Assembly (NCBI GenBank): GCA_964291315.2
Contig: OZ219753.1
Coordinates: 2,912,001 to 2,976,000 of the forward strand
Reading direction: 5' to 3'
Source: Candidatus Poribacteria bacterium
GTDB lineage: Bacteria > Poribacteria > WGA-4E > WGA-3G
DNA: 64,000 nt
Below are positions 1 to 9,287 of the stretch, one piece after another. The translations under genes were made by a program, and so were the position numbers. The notes under the pieces are model-generated. The model saw only the letters and a list, made by a program, of their open reading frames with translations, did no database searches and was not told the DNA's origin. Numbering within the stretch: position 1 is the stretch's first letter; each line of letters opens with the position of its first letter.

Positions 1-85
1 ATTCTCCTTTATTGAAAAATGGATATTTTAGCAGATCAAAAATTTCGCTGTATATAGAATACAATGATATAGGAGAGATGTCAAG

Positions 86-1030
86 ATGAAAATTTTAATT
101 AATACAGGTACTACGTCAGAACAACGCCGGCGGATCGAATCGGTATCCGACAAACTTATGCTTGTCCAACCGCGGAATCCAGAAGAGGCATTGCGCGAGG
201 TTGTGGATACCAATATTGTGTTCGGTGGGTTTAACCGTTCGCTTTTTGAAAATGCGGATCAGTTAAAGTGGGTGCAAGTGCTTTCGGCAGGGGTCGATGG
301 GCTGCTATTCCCGGAATTTGTTAAAAGCGATATCATTTTGACAAGTGCTAAAGGCTTTGTCGGAACGCATCTTGCAGATCAGGCGTGGGCTTTACTGTTA
401 GGTCTTCTGCGAGGTATCGGACGCTCTGTCCGTGAACGGACGTGGGATAACCGGATGTCAATCCGTCTGGCCGCATGGGAATTGAGCGATCGGACGCTTG
501 GTATTGTTGGACTCGGCGGTACCGGCATCGAGGTCGCCCGTCGAGCACAAGGGTTTGATATGCGTGTCATCGCAGTTGATCCGGAGAAGGTGGAGGCACC
601 GTCATTTGTTCATGATGTCTGGGAAATGGGTCGTTTCTATGAACTCCTTGCGGAATCTGATGTTGTTGCGATATGCTCACCGCTGACTCCAGAAACCCAC
701 AGTATGTTTGACGGTGCGGCATTTGAACAGATGAAATCACATGCGCTGCTTATTAACGTCACACGCGGTAAGATTATAGAGGGACCGGCCCTGCTTCGCG
801 CACTTACATCGGGGGATATTGGCGGGGCTGGATTGGATGTCACCCCCGAAGAACCTTTGCCTGATGACAGCCCGCTATGGGATATGCCGAACGTGATTAT
901 TACGCCCCACGTTGCTGGTGGTTCTCCGATTCGTTTGGACCGCTCGGTCGGTCTTTTCTGTGATAATCTGGGACGATTTCTGGTTGGCAAACCGCTCCTG
1001 AGTGTGATTGACAAAGAAAAGGGATATTAG
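86..1030 (+). CDS. D-2-hydroxyacid dehydrogenase (NAD-binding)
   Basis: Rossmann GIVGLGGTG, LINVTRG, GAGLDV..EEP and ITPHVAG motifs; GGAG RBS upstream. Confidence 0.9.
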   Translation: MKILINTGTTSEQRRRIESVSDKLMLVQPRNPEEALREVVDTNIVFGGFNRSLFENADQLKWVQVLSAGVDGLLFPEFVKSDIILTSAKGFVGTHLADQAWALLLGLLRGIGRSVRERTWDNRMSIRLAAWELSDRTLGIVGLGGTGIEVARRAQGFDMRVIAVDPEKVEAPSFVHDVWEMGRFYELLAESDVVAICSPLTPETHSMFDGAAFEQMKSHALLINVTRGKIIEGPALLRALTSGDIGGAGLDVTPEEPLPDDSPLWDMPNVIITPHVAGGSPIRLDRSVGLFCDNLGRFLVGKPLLSVIDKEKGY

Positions 1031-1131
1031 ATCGGCTTGAAAGGTTGGCAGATTGGTAGAGTACGGCTTCTGCCTTCCGATCCATCCAAACGGCTCCATC
1101 TAATTTATCTCGTTTGAGAGAATAAAACGGC

Positions 1132-2148
1132 TCATTGTGAATTCACATCAGCGATTTTGACGAGCTGCTTCCCAATATTGCCACCTTTCATCATGCTAAT
1201 GAATGCTGCGGGAGCTTTTTCTATCCCCCCTTCCTCAATCGTTTCGCGGTATTTCAATTTACCTTTTTGCAGCCATTCTGCCAGCTCGATGAGAGCTTTG
1301 GGATGTTGATCAGCGAAATCGGAGACGAGGAAGCCTTCGATGCGAGCGCGCTTACTAATCATGAACCAGAGGAACCGGGGTCCGGTCTCTGGTTTCTCTA
1401 GGTTATATTGTGAAATTTGTCCACAGATAACGATGCGTCCTTTAACGTTTAAGTTGGGGAAAACTGCATCGGTGATGGGGCCGCCGACGTTATCGAAATA
1501 GACATCAATACCGTCAGGGAGATATTTCTCGAGTTCCGCGTAATAGTCATCAACTTTCTTATAATTAAAGGCGGCATCAAACCCGAGTTCATCGATGACA
1601 TAAGCGACTTTTTCGTCGGTTCCAGTAGATCCGACGACCCGGCATCCTTTCATTTTTGCGATCTGTCCTACAACCGAACCGACTGCCCCGGCGGCGCCAG
1701 AGACGAACACGGTTTCCTGATCTTGAAGTTTTCCGACTTCAAGCAGGCCGAAGTAAGCTGTTAGCCCGGGCATTCCAATAATTCCGCAGCCTGTTGAGAT
1801 AGGGGCGATTGTCGGATCAATTTTCCGCAGTCCATTACCGGCAACGACCCCGTATTCCTGCCACCCGATGGCAGTGTTGACGATATCACCGATCTCAACA
1901 TCTGGGTGTTTTGTCTCAATAACCTCGGCAATAACACTACCGACTATTACTTCACCAATTTTGACATTGGCGGCGTAAGATTTCGCGGCATTAATCCGTC
2001 CGCGCATGTAGGGATCAACTGAGAGATAGATGGTCTTTACCAATACTTCTCCGTCTTTGGGAGTCGGAATGGGTGTCTCTACTAAATTAAAATCTGATTC
2101 TTTTGGGTAGCCTACAGGCCGAGATGCCAAGGTAATTTGGCGATTCAC
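1132..2148 (-). CDS. NADP-dependent oxidoreductase (CurA/prostaglandin reductase-like MDR)
   Basis: YLSVDPYMRGR, GMPGLTAYFGL, VSGAAGAVGSVVGQIAK, YFDNVGG, CGQISQYN. Confidence 0.92.
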   Translation of the reverse strand: MNRQITLASRPVGYPKESDFNLVETPIPTPKDGEVLVKTIYLSVDPYMRGRINAAKSYAANVKIGEVIVGSVIAEVIETKHPDVEIGDIVNTAIGWQEYGVVAGNGLRKIDPTIAPISTGCGIIGMPGLTAYFGLLEVGKLQDQETVFVSGAAGAVGSVVGQIAKMKGCRVVGSTGTDEKVAYVIDELGFDAAFNYKKVDDYYAELEKYLPDGIDVYFDNVGGPITDAVFPNLNVKGRIVICGQISQYNLEKPETGPRFLWFMISKRARIEGFLVSDFADQHPKALIELAEWLQKGKLKYRETIEEGGIEKAPAAFISMMKGGNIGKQLVKIADVNSQ

Positions 2149-2253
2149 TTTAATGTTCTCCTTTTTTCTGTAGATTTTCCAACTGTTTGGGCCTTGTGAA
2201 CCGGCGGTGTTAGAAAACCTCGTTTCCGACTCCGAGGGGAGTCGGTTAAATGC

Positions 2254-2979
2254 TTAGTTCCTATTATTAAATTGCATAGGATCTTCGCCCTGAATGACAA
2301 TGAGTTCGTGACGTGGGGCATCCCAGTCCAAAACTTTAACAATAGGAAGAATGACACGGACAGCCAAACCGATACGGCGTTTTTCTGAGCGGTTGGGCTC
2401 TGAGTGGTGGAGCGTGCGTTCATTAAAGATAACAAACTCACCGGGTTGCATTTCTAAGTTGATAATATTGCTGGTATCAATGAAACTGGGGTCCCCCATT
2501 TGTCCGAATGCCATGTTCGAAGTTGCTTTGACATGCGGTATCACTTTGCGATGAGAGCTAGGTACGATTTGGAGGCAGCTATTTTCCAAGGTTGCTGAAT
2601 CCACTGCAATCCATGCTGAAATAATAATAGGGGGCTCAAGGGGCCAGTAGTTAAAATCTTGGTGCCATGGGATCTCCTTTGCCCCTGGCTCTTTAATGAA
2701 GAAATTTGTTCGCCAGAGGAGGAGATCGGGTCCATAGAGAGATGCCATCCGTTTAACGATAGATGGATGTGTGGCGAGATCATGAATTAATGGGGCATCA
2801 AGATGGCGATTATGCTCGAATTGCTTGTGATCCGGCGGTTCGGTTTCAAGAACCCTTTCAATTTCTGGGTGCATGTTGAGCATCTCTTGAGGACTACAGC
2901 GTGCGTAAGGGCCGAGATAGCCGTGCTGCCAAAACTGTTCCCTTTCTTTGCTGTTTAGGGTATATTTCCGGTTTTGCAT
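2254..2979 (-). CDS. Phytanoyl-CoA dioxygenase family Fe(II)/2-oxoglutarate oxygenase
   Basis: PWHQD iron-binding motif, AWIAVD...ENSCL, distal LHHS..N.S..RR. Confidence 0.88.
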   Translation of the reverse strand: MQNRKYTLNSKEREQFWQHGYLGPYARCSPQEMLNMHPEIERVLETEPPDHKQFEHNRHLDAPLIHDLATHPSIVKRMASLYGPDLLLWRTNFFIKEPGAKEIPWHQDFNYWPLEPPIIISAWIAVDSATLENSCLQIVPSSHRKVIPHVKATSNMAFGQMGDPSFIDTSNIINLEMQPGEFVIFNERTLHHSEPNRSEKRRIGLAVRVILPIVKVLDWDAPRHELIVIQGEDPMQFNNRN

Positions 2980-3068
2980 TGTGTCAAAAATCCTTTTATA
3001 GTTGGTTTTACAGTTCCCGAGGTGCCCTGCCCGGCAGGTTAGGGACCGCGGCGATTGAAGGTGAGAGA

Positions 3069-4106
3069 TTACTCCTGATAGACATGCACCTTAACTGCGC
3101 CCGATATCTTATCAGCCGAAACCCGGAACGCTTCGGCAATCTCTTGAAACGGATAGTAGTGCGTCACTAATTTTGTGGCATCAACTTTTCCAGAGGTGAT
3201 CAATTCAATTGCCGCCTCAAAATCTGTTTCCATACCGCTATAGCCGTAGCAGTTAGAGCCTGTAACGATAGCTTCTGACCAGACAATACGAGAGAGGTCT
3301 ACCTCAAGAGGTTTGTAGTATCCTGCGACGAGGACAACAGATCCCTGTTTTCGAACAATATTCATAGCGGTATCGAAATTTTCACCTCCGCCGACTGTTT
3401 CGACCACAGCATCAAAACCGTTACCGTTCGTGATATCTCTAGCGTATTCCGGTACATCAGTGTCAGCGATATTGACAACATAATCTGCGCCAAGCGTTTT
3501 TGCCAGTTCTGCTTGTTGTTTGTATTTAACGGTAATTAATGTCTCTTTAACCCCTGCTGCAACTGCATCTGCCAAGCAGAATTGACCGATAGTTCCACCA
3601 CCGATAATTGCGACCGTGTTTCTGGCATTGGCTCTTGTGCGCGTTACCGCGCGGTGGGAGACAGCGAGCGGTTCAACGAGTGCGCCCTGCTCAAACGTCA
3701 TGTGTTTCGGCAATTTGAACAAGCCAGATTGGTGGGTTGAAGTGTATTCGGCAAAGCCTCCGTGCATATTCGCGGATATCCATGCTCTATTCAGGCAGAG
3801 GTTGTACTGCCCTGTTTCACAATACTTGCAGGTCCCACAATGTGAGAAGCATTCCACAGCGACCTTGTCTCCGATATCGAACGATGTTACGCCTTCGCCG
3901 AGACCTGCAATGATACCGCATGTCTCATGCCCTGCTGCGTATTCTTGGGATTGGCTCCAATGCCCAAAATAACTGTGCAAATCACTTCCACAGATCCCGG
4001 TCTGCTTCGTGTCAACAAGTACAAAACCGGGAGGCGGTTCGTTGCGTTCAACTTCTCGAATTGCGATCTGTTCAATCCCGGTATAGATAGCAGCTTTCAT
4101 TTTCAT
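3069..4106 (-). CDS. Zinc-binding alcohol dehydrogenase (threonine/sorbitol dehydrogenase-like)
   Basis: GICGSDLH, GHE, structural zinc C..C..C.......C, GALVEPLA, IIGGGTIG. Confidence 0.9.
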   Translation of the reverse strand: MKMKAAIYTGIEQIAIREVERNEPPPGFVLVDTKQTGICGSDLHSYFGHWSQSQEYAAGHETCGIIAGLGEGVTSFDIGDKVAVECFSHCGTCKYCETGQYNLCLNRAWISANMHGGFAEYTSTHQSGLFKLPKHMTFEQGALVEPLAVSHRAVTRTRANARNTVAIIGGGTIGQFCLADAVAAGVKETLITVKYKQQAELAKTLGADYVVNIADTDVPEYARDITNGNGFDAVVETVGGGENFDTAMNIVRKQGSVVLVAGYYKPLEVDLSRIVWSEAIVTGSNCYGYSGMETDFEAAIELITSGKVDATKLVTHYYPFQEIAEAFRVSADKISGAVKVHVYQE

Positions 4107-4200
4107 GGAACTTCTCCTTTGATGTGTGAGGTTTTAGTACCTCGGGCTACCGTTTTACCGCTGGCTGCGAATATTTCTGCTTTTTTGAAGCAGCTGACCG

Positions 4201-5823
4201 CTATGCAGTAAAGGACGGGTGCTCTGGCATTGTGAGCCGCGCCAAAAGGGCGCGCTTGTCAGATTTTCCAACACTCGTTTTTGGGATTTCATCAACAAAA
4301 ATAAACCTGTCAGGGATCCAAAACTTAGGGAATTCTGTAGCGAGGTGCCGTTTGAGAGCGTCCGAGATATCTTCGTGGCTCGGCTGAGCAAGGACAACAA
4401 CGGCGATTGGACGTTCCCCCCACTTCTCGTGAGGCACACCAATAACCGCAGCCTCAAGCACTTGTGGATACTTCAACAAGGCAGTCTCTAAAGCGACGCT
4501 TGAGATAGACTCGCCGCCACTCCGAATCAGGTTCTTGGCGCGGTCAACAATCTGCATATAACCTTCAGCGTCAACGGTGGCAAGGTCGCCTGTGCGCAAC
4601 CACCCATCCGCAGTAAAATTTTCTGTTGTTGGTTCGCGTTTGTAGTAGCGGCTTGCTGTCCATGGACTCCGTACCTGGACTTCCCCAACGGTCTTACCGT
4701 CCCAAGGAAGTGGGGTGAAGTTGGTAGATGTACCACCTGTGAGTCGAAGTTCAACGCCCGGGACAGGTTTGCCCTGCTTGGCTTTAATTTTCCATTTTTC
4801 AGCGTCTGGTAGGTTCTGATGCCGACGGCGCAGTTTTGAGATCGTCCCTGTTGGTGACATCTCTGTCATTCCCCAAGCGTGGCAGATCTCAACGCCGAGG
4901 TTCTTTTCGTATGCCTCAATAAGTGTAGGTGCCATTGCTTCTCCACCGACTATCAATCGCCGCAAAGCGGAAATATCCTGTCGTCTTTTCCGTAATTCGG
5001 GGTAAATCTTTGTCCAAACCGTTGGTACCCCCGCAGCAACAGTAACTCCGGTTTTAGCGATAAGATCTGTGATGTCCTTAGGTTTTGGTCCCGGTAATAC
5101 GATATCAGCCCCGACGAACATAGCAGCATAAGGTAGTCCCCAGGCCATGGCGTGAAACATCGGAACGAGTGGAAGAAGGACATCCATTTCTGTTAATCCG
5201 AACACATCTGCTTGGTTGACAGCTAATGCGTGAAGAAACGTAGAACGGTGTGTGTAGAGGACGCCGCGCGGTTCTCCTTGGGTGCCACTGGTGTAACATA
5301 GTCCCATTGCCCAGTTTTCGTCTCGGATGTTCCATGTATACGTTGGGTTAGCTGCGCGGAGGAGCTGCTCATAAAGTGCATCGGTATCGGTAGGGCTTAG
5401 GTTAAAACGGACGATTTGCCTACGCTCAATTTTATTTTGAAGTTCCGCAAACTGCTCATCGAATGCGGCATCGAGAAAAATAAGTTTATCCTCTGCTTCA
5501 TAGACAATTTCTGCCAATTGTGTAGCAGAAAGTCGAACATTAAGTGGATGGAGCACAGCACCTATGCATGGAATTGCATAGTAAAGTTCAAGATGTTGAT
5601 AGGTATTTGAGGCATATGTAGCGACCCTATCACCATGTTGGATGCCCAATTCCGCGATGACGTTTGCAAGCTTCTTCACGCGCTTATACAGTGCAGTATA
5701 GGTATAGGTATGAATTTCGTCATTGGGCAGTGCCGTTTGAATAAACTTGTCTCCATGGATCTGGCCTGCATGCTCCAAAATCTGCTCAAGTGTCAAGGGG
5801 TAGTTCATCATCAGACCGTGCAT
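4201..5823 (-). CDS. Medium/long-chain fatty acid-CoA ligase (AlkK/DmdB-like)
   Basis: YTSGTQGEPRGV AMP-binding motif, PMFHAMAWGLPY, AWGMTE, RTGD, PKTSVGK. Confidence 0.9.
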   Translation of the reverse strand: MHGLMMNYPLTLEQILEHAGQIHGDKFIQTALPNDEIHTYTYTALYKRVKKLANVIAELGIQHGDRVATYASNTYQHLELYYAIPCIGAVLHPLNVRLSATQLAEIVYEAEDKLIFLDAAFDEQFAELQNKIERRQIVRFNLSPTDTDALYEQLLRAANPTYTWNIRDENWAMGLCYTSGTQGEPRGVLYTHRSTFLHALAVNQADVFGLTEMDVLLPLVPMFHAMAWGLPYAAMFVGADIVLPGPKPKDITDLIAKTGVTVAAGVPTVWTKIYPELRKRRQDISALRRLIVGGEAMAPTLIEAYEKNLGVEICHAWGMTEMSPTGTISKLRRRHQNLPDAEKWKIKAKQGKPVPGVELRLTGGTSTNFTPLPWDGKTVGEVQVRSPWTASRYYKREPTTENFTADGWLRTGDLATVDAEGYMQIVDRAKNLIRSGGESISSVALETALLKYPQVLEAAVIGVPHEKWGERPIAVVVLAQPSHEDISDALKRHLATEFPKFWIPDRFIFVDEIPKTSVGKSDKRALLARLTMPEHPSFTA

Positions 5824-6270
5824 CTTTTACTATAACTCGGTCTCCATTTCATTTTTGGAAACGGAGACATAGATTTCCTTTCTTAACCTTTTTATGCATT
5901 TTAGCATAAAAAAAGAGTTTGTTGTAAAGAAAGTTAGATGTATTAGGTTCCCTTGCTTTAATTTGCTTTTGATGATGAATACAAAGTACACTGCAGGCCC
6001 GTCTTTTCTAATACATGAGAAAAAATGCATCTATTCTGAAGATAAAGTGATGTAATGCACATTGGATCACTCTTTTCTGTAAGCATATAATATCTTTATT
6101 ATATCAGAGGGGTTCTCTTTAGACAAAACACTGCTATCGACACTAATAACGATTTGAGAAATATCTGTGATGTCTTTTATTAATGACATCTCACAACACC
6201 GCTTATGTCTAACTTCGCTTGTCAATTGCGGTTTTTGGGTTGTCAATTACAACAATTTGTAGCTAATAAT

Positions 6271-6299
6271 TTGCTTAATCATTCAGTGTCTAGTATAAT
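6271..6299 (+). promoter_or_regulatory. Sigma70-type promoter for the TonB receptor genes
   Basis: TTGCTT-17 nt-TATAAT in AT-rich divergent intergenic region. Confidence 0.55.
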
Positions 6300-6446
6300 T
6301 AAAATGGCATTTTATAGAGTAAGGTATAAATAATTTGCTGTGTTTGCTGATATTTTTAATAATTGATAAGCAGTTCTATTAAGGCTTCGTCGGTTGTGGA
6401 ATTCGTAGGAGAATCTGGTGTTTACGCCAAAATCTAAGGAGGCTTT

Positions 6447-9026
6447 ATGCTCTACAACACTTATGTTAGGTTGACTGTTTTTGTGCTCGGTATTGTTATG
6501 TGTATTTTTGTGTGTGCGTCTGCTGCAGTTCTAGCGCAAGAGGAATCTAGCGGTTCTGAAGCGGCAGAAGCTACTAGCGAAGCCCCTAGGGTGTCAGAAT
6601 CAGATACACCGGTGCGGCTTGAGAGTCTTGTAGTGGTAGGAACCCGTTCCGCACCGCGATCGGTTCTTGAATCTCCTGTTCCGATTGATATTGTATCCAA
6701 TGAAGATTTTGTGAAACAGGGTGGTGCGGATCTGAATAACTTGTTAAGAACCTTAGTTCCATCTTATAATATCAATACACAGCCGATTAGCGATGCTGGT
6801 ACTGTGGTGCGTCCTGCCAACTTGCGTGGATTGGCCCCCGATCAAACGCTTGTGTTAGTGAATAATAAGCGTCGCCATCGCGCAGCTGTGATACACTGGC
6901 TTGGGAACGGATTGTCGGATGGGGCCCAAGGTCCCGATCTCTCGCCGATACCGTCAATTGCTCTGAAACAGGTAGAGGTACTGCGAGATGGTGCCTCTGC
7001 TCAGTATGGGTCTGATGCTATTGCTGGTGTGTTAAACTTCCGACTTAAAGACGACTATCAGGGTGGAAGTTTTGAATTCAAACCGGGCATCTACCAGTAC
7101 GGTGACGGTAGGCGGTTTGCTGTTGCTGGGAACGTAGGCTTAGGGAGTCCGAAGGCATGGGCAAATCTCAGCATAGAGTATGGTGGTGCTGATCCGACTG
7201 TTCGCTCTGTACAGCGCGATGATGCCCTGGTGTTGATAGAGGCAGGCAATCTTGATGTCAAAGATCCTGCCCAGATCTGGGGGCAACCGATTGTAGAGAA
7301 CGATTTGAAATTTTTTGCTAACTACGGCAGCGCGCTCACTGATAGCATCGATTTCTATGGCCATGCTAATTATGCGAGTAAACGGGTTGAAGGTGGATTC
7401 TATTTCCGTAACCCTAACAAACGTAGCGGGGTCTTTAGTAGCGACAGTGGTAAGACACTGCTTGTGGGTAATTTACGGGGGCTGCCAGTCGGTGTGCCGC
7501 AAGAGGCTGACGATATCCCAATAATTAACGGGGTCCCAGATCCTGACATGTTACAAAGGGTTTTTTCGGATCCGAACCTGTTTACCTTCCAGGAAATGTT
7601 TCCTGGTGGATTCACGCCCAGATTCGGGGCTTATGCTACCGATAGTTCTGTGTTAGTTGGTCTTAAAGGTAGCGTTTTGGAGGAGGTTTCAGGCAAACCC
7701 GTCACTTGGGATCTCAGTGGTTATTTTGGCAGACACCATGCCGATTTCTTTATCTTTAACACTGTCAATGCTTCGCTCGGTCCAGATACGCCGACAGAAT
7801 TTGATCCGGGTGACTACATCCAGACAGATTATAACCTTAATTTTGATGTAGCCTATCCGCTTCACGATATGGTATTCCTTGCGTCTGGTTTGGAATATCG
7901 GAATGAGGGGTTTGAAGTTATTGCAGGTCAAAGAGAGTCATATCAGATTGGGCCTTTAGCAGGCCAAGGTTTCAGTGCTGCTTCTAACGGTTTCTCAGGT
8001 TTTAGTCCGATTGGAGCGGGAACGTGGAATCGTTATAACGTTGCTGCTTATTTGGAGGGCGAAATTAGGCCGCTCGATAGATGGCTTTTTGCGCTTGCTG
8101 TGCGTGGCGAAAATTTTGAGGATTTTGGTACTACTGTTAACTACAAGGTCGCTACGAACTACCGGATTACTGAAATGATGAAGATTCGTGGTAGTTATAG
8201 CAGCGGGTTTCGTGCTCCGACCCCCGGGCAGCAAAACACATTTAATGTTACCACAGAATTCAATTTTGAAAAGAATGACTTGGTGAATAACGGGACGATT
8301 CCGTCGACGAACGAAGCTGCATCGCTTGTAGGTGGGAAGCCCCTCGATCCTGAAACATCAAATAATTTCACTGGTGGGTTTACTCTTGAGCTTCTCGACG
8401 TAAACTTTACATTGGACTTTTTTGATATTCGGATGAAGGACCGGTTGGCACTCTCTCAGGACTTTGCCCTTACGGAAGACCAGAAACAGAATCTTATTGC
8501 TGCGGGGGTGACTAGTGCTGCGAATCTTCAGGAATTTCGCTTTTTCACTAACGATTTTGATACAACAACCCAGGGCATTGATGCAGTTGTTACAGTGCCC
8601 CTCTTGGATGGTACCCTGACGGGTGTGTATAACTTCACGCAAACCACAGTTACTGGTTTCAATGCTCAGACTTTAGATGAGAATCGGATCAGGGAATTGG
8701 AAGAAAACCTACCTAAACACCGTGGAAGTTTGACAGTTGTGCAACCTGTCGTGGATAGTTTATGGGTTCTTGGGCGTGCTGGTTACTTTAGCGGTTGGTA
8801 TGATTCTGAAGATGATGCAGATTATACGGGCAAGGTTATTTTTGACTTAGAATCTACCTATACTGCTGATTCAGGATTATCGATAACTTTGGGCGGTAAC
8901 AATATCCTCAACACCTACCCAGATGAAAATCCGAATGCTGGTAATATTGGTAACAAGTACGGTCAATTCAGTCCGTTTGGTTTTGACGGTGCTTTTTGGT
9001 ATGCTAGATTTGGATACAGTTTCTAA
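6447..9026 (+). CDS. TonB-dependent receptor (copy 1)
   Basis: Signal peptide, TonB-box-like LVVVGTR, plug motif VEVLRDGASAQYGSDAIAGV, C-terminal ARFGYSF; AAGGAGG RBS. Confidence 0.95.
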   Translation: MLYNTYVRLTVFVLGIVMCIFVCASAAVLAQEESSGSEAAEATSEAPRVSESDTPVRLESLVVVGTRSAPRSVLESPVPIDIVSNEDFVKQGGADLNNLLRTLVPSYNINTQPISDAGTVVRPANLRGLAPDQTLVLVNNKRRHRAAVIHWLGNGLSDGAQGPDLSPIPSIALKQVEVLRDGASAQYGSDAIAGVLNFRLKDDYQGGSFEFKPGIYQYGDGRRFAVAGNVGLGSPKAWANLSIEYGGADPTVRSVQRDDALVLIEAGNLDVKDPAQIWGQPIVENDLKFFANYGSALTDSIDFYGHANYASKRVEGGFYFRNPNKRSGVFSSDSGKTLLVGNLRGLPVGVPQEADDIPIINGVPDPDMLQRVFSDPNLFTFQEMFPGGFTPRFGAYATDSSVLVGLKGSVLEEVSGKPVTWDLSGYFGRHHADFFIFNTVNASLGPDTPTEFDPGDYIQTDYNLNFDVAYPLHDMVFLASGLEYRNEGFEVIAGQRESYQIGPLAGQGFSAASNGFSGFSPIGAGTWNRYNVAAYLEGEIRPLDRWLFALAVRGENFEDFGTTVNYKVATNYRITEMMKIRGSYSSGFRAPTPGQQNTFNVTTEFNFEKNDLVNNGTIPSTNEAASLVGGKPLDPETSNNFTGGFTLELLDVNFTLDFFDIRMKDRLALSQDFALTEDQKQNLIAAGVTSAANLQEFRFFTNDFDTTTQGIDAVVTVPLLDGTLTGVYNFTQTTVTGFNAQTLDENRIRELEENLPKHRGSLTVVQPVVDSLWVLGRAGYFSGWYDSEDDADYTGKVIFDLESTYTADSGLSITLGGNNILNTYPDENPNAGNIGNKYGQFSPFGFDGAFWYARFGYSF

Positions 9027-9036
9027 AACGTGTCTT

Positions 9037-9067
9037 GTAGAAGGGATTAGATACACTTCCCTTCTAC
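9037..9067 (+). terminator. Perfect 10-bp hairpin between the TonB genes (terminator or GTAG-type REP)
   Basis: GTAGAAGGGA (9037-9046) / TCCCTTCTAC (9058-9067) followed by TTT. Confidence 0.5.
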
Positions 9068-9287
9068 TTTGGCAAAAGTGCAGTTTTCGACGGGGCTGCT
9101 TCAACCGAACATAAGTCAAGTTTGGTTGGAGATATTAATTAATTAACTAGGGCTTACACTATTTTGTTGTATGATCAGTTAGGAAACTTCGTATATGGAA
9201 AGGTAAGAATCCTATGATTTTGTGCAAGTCCTATTATTTTTGGAAAACATGTTTAACTTTAGAAAAAGGAGACTTATTTTGGTAACT

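Noticed and set aside
2254-2979. Possible SyrB2-like non-heme iron halogenase (similar WRT.FF.K.PG...WHQ context)
   Set aside because: Motif is HQD; halogenases replace the Asp with Ala/Gly
5830-6446. Cobalamin/TPP riboswitch or 66-aa ORF upstream of the TonB receptors
   Set aside because: No riboswitch consensus seen; the ORF is AT-rich, has no RBS and lies in the promoter region
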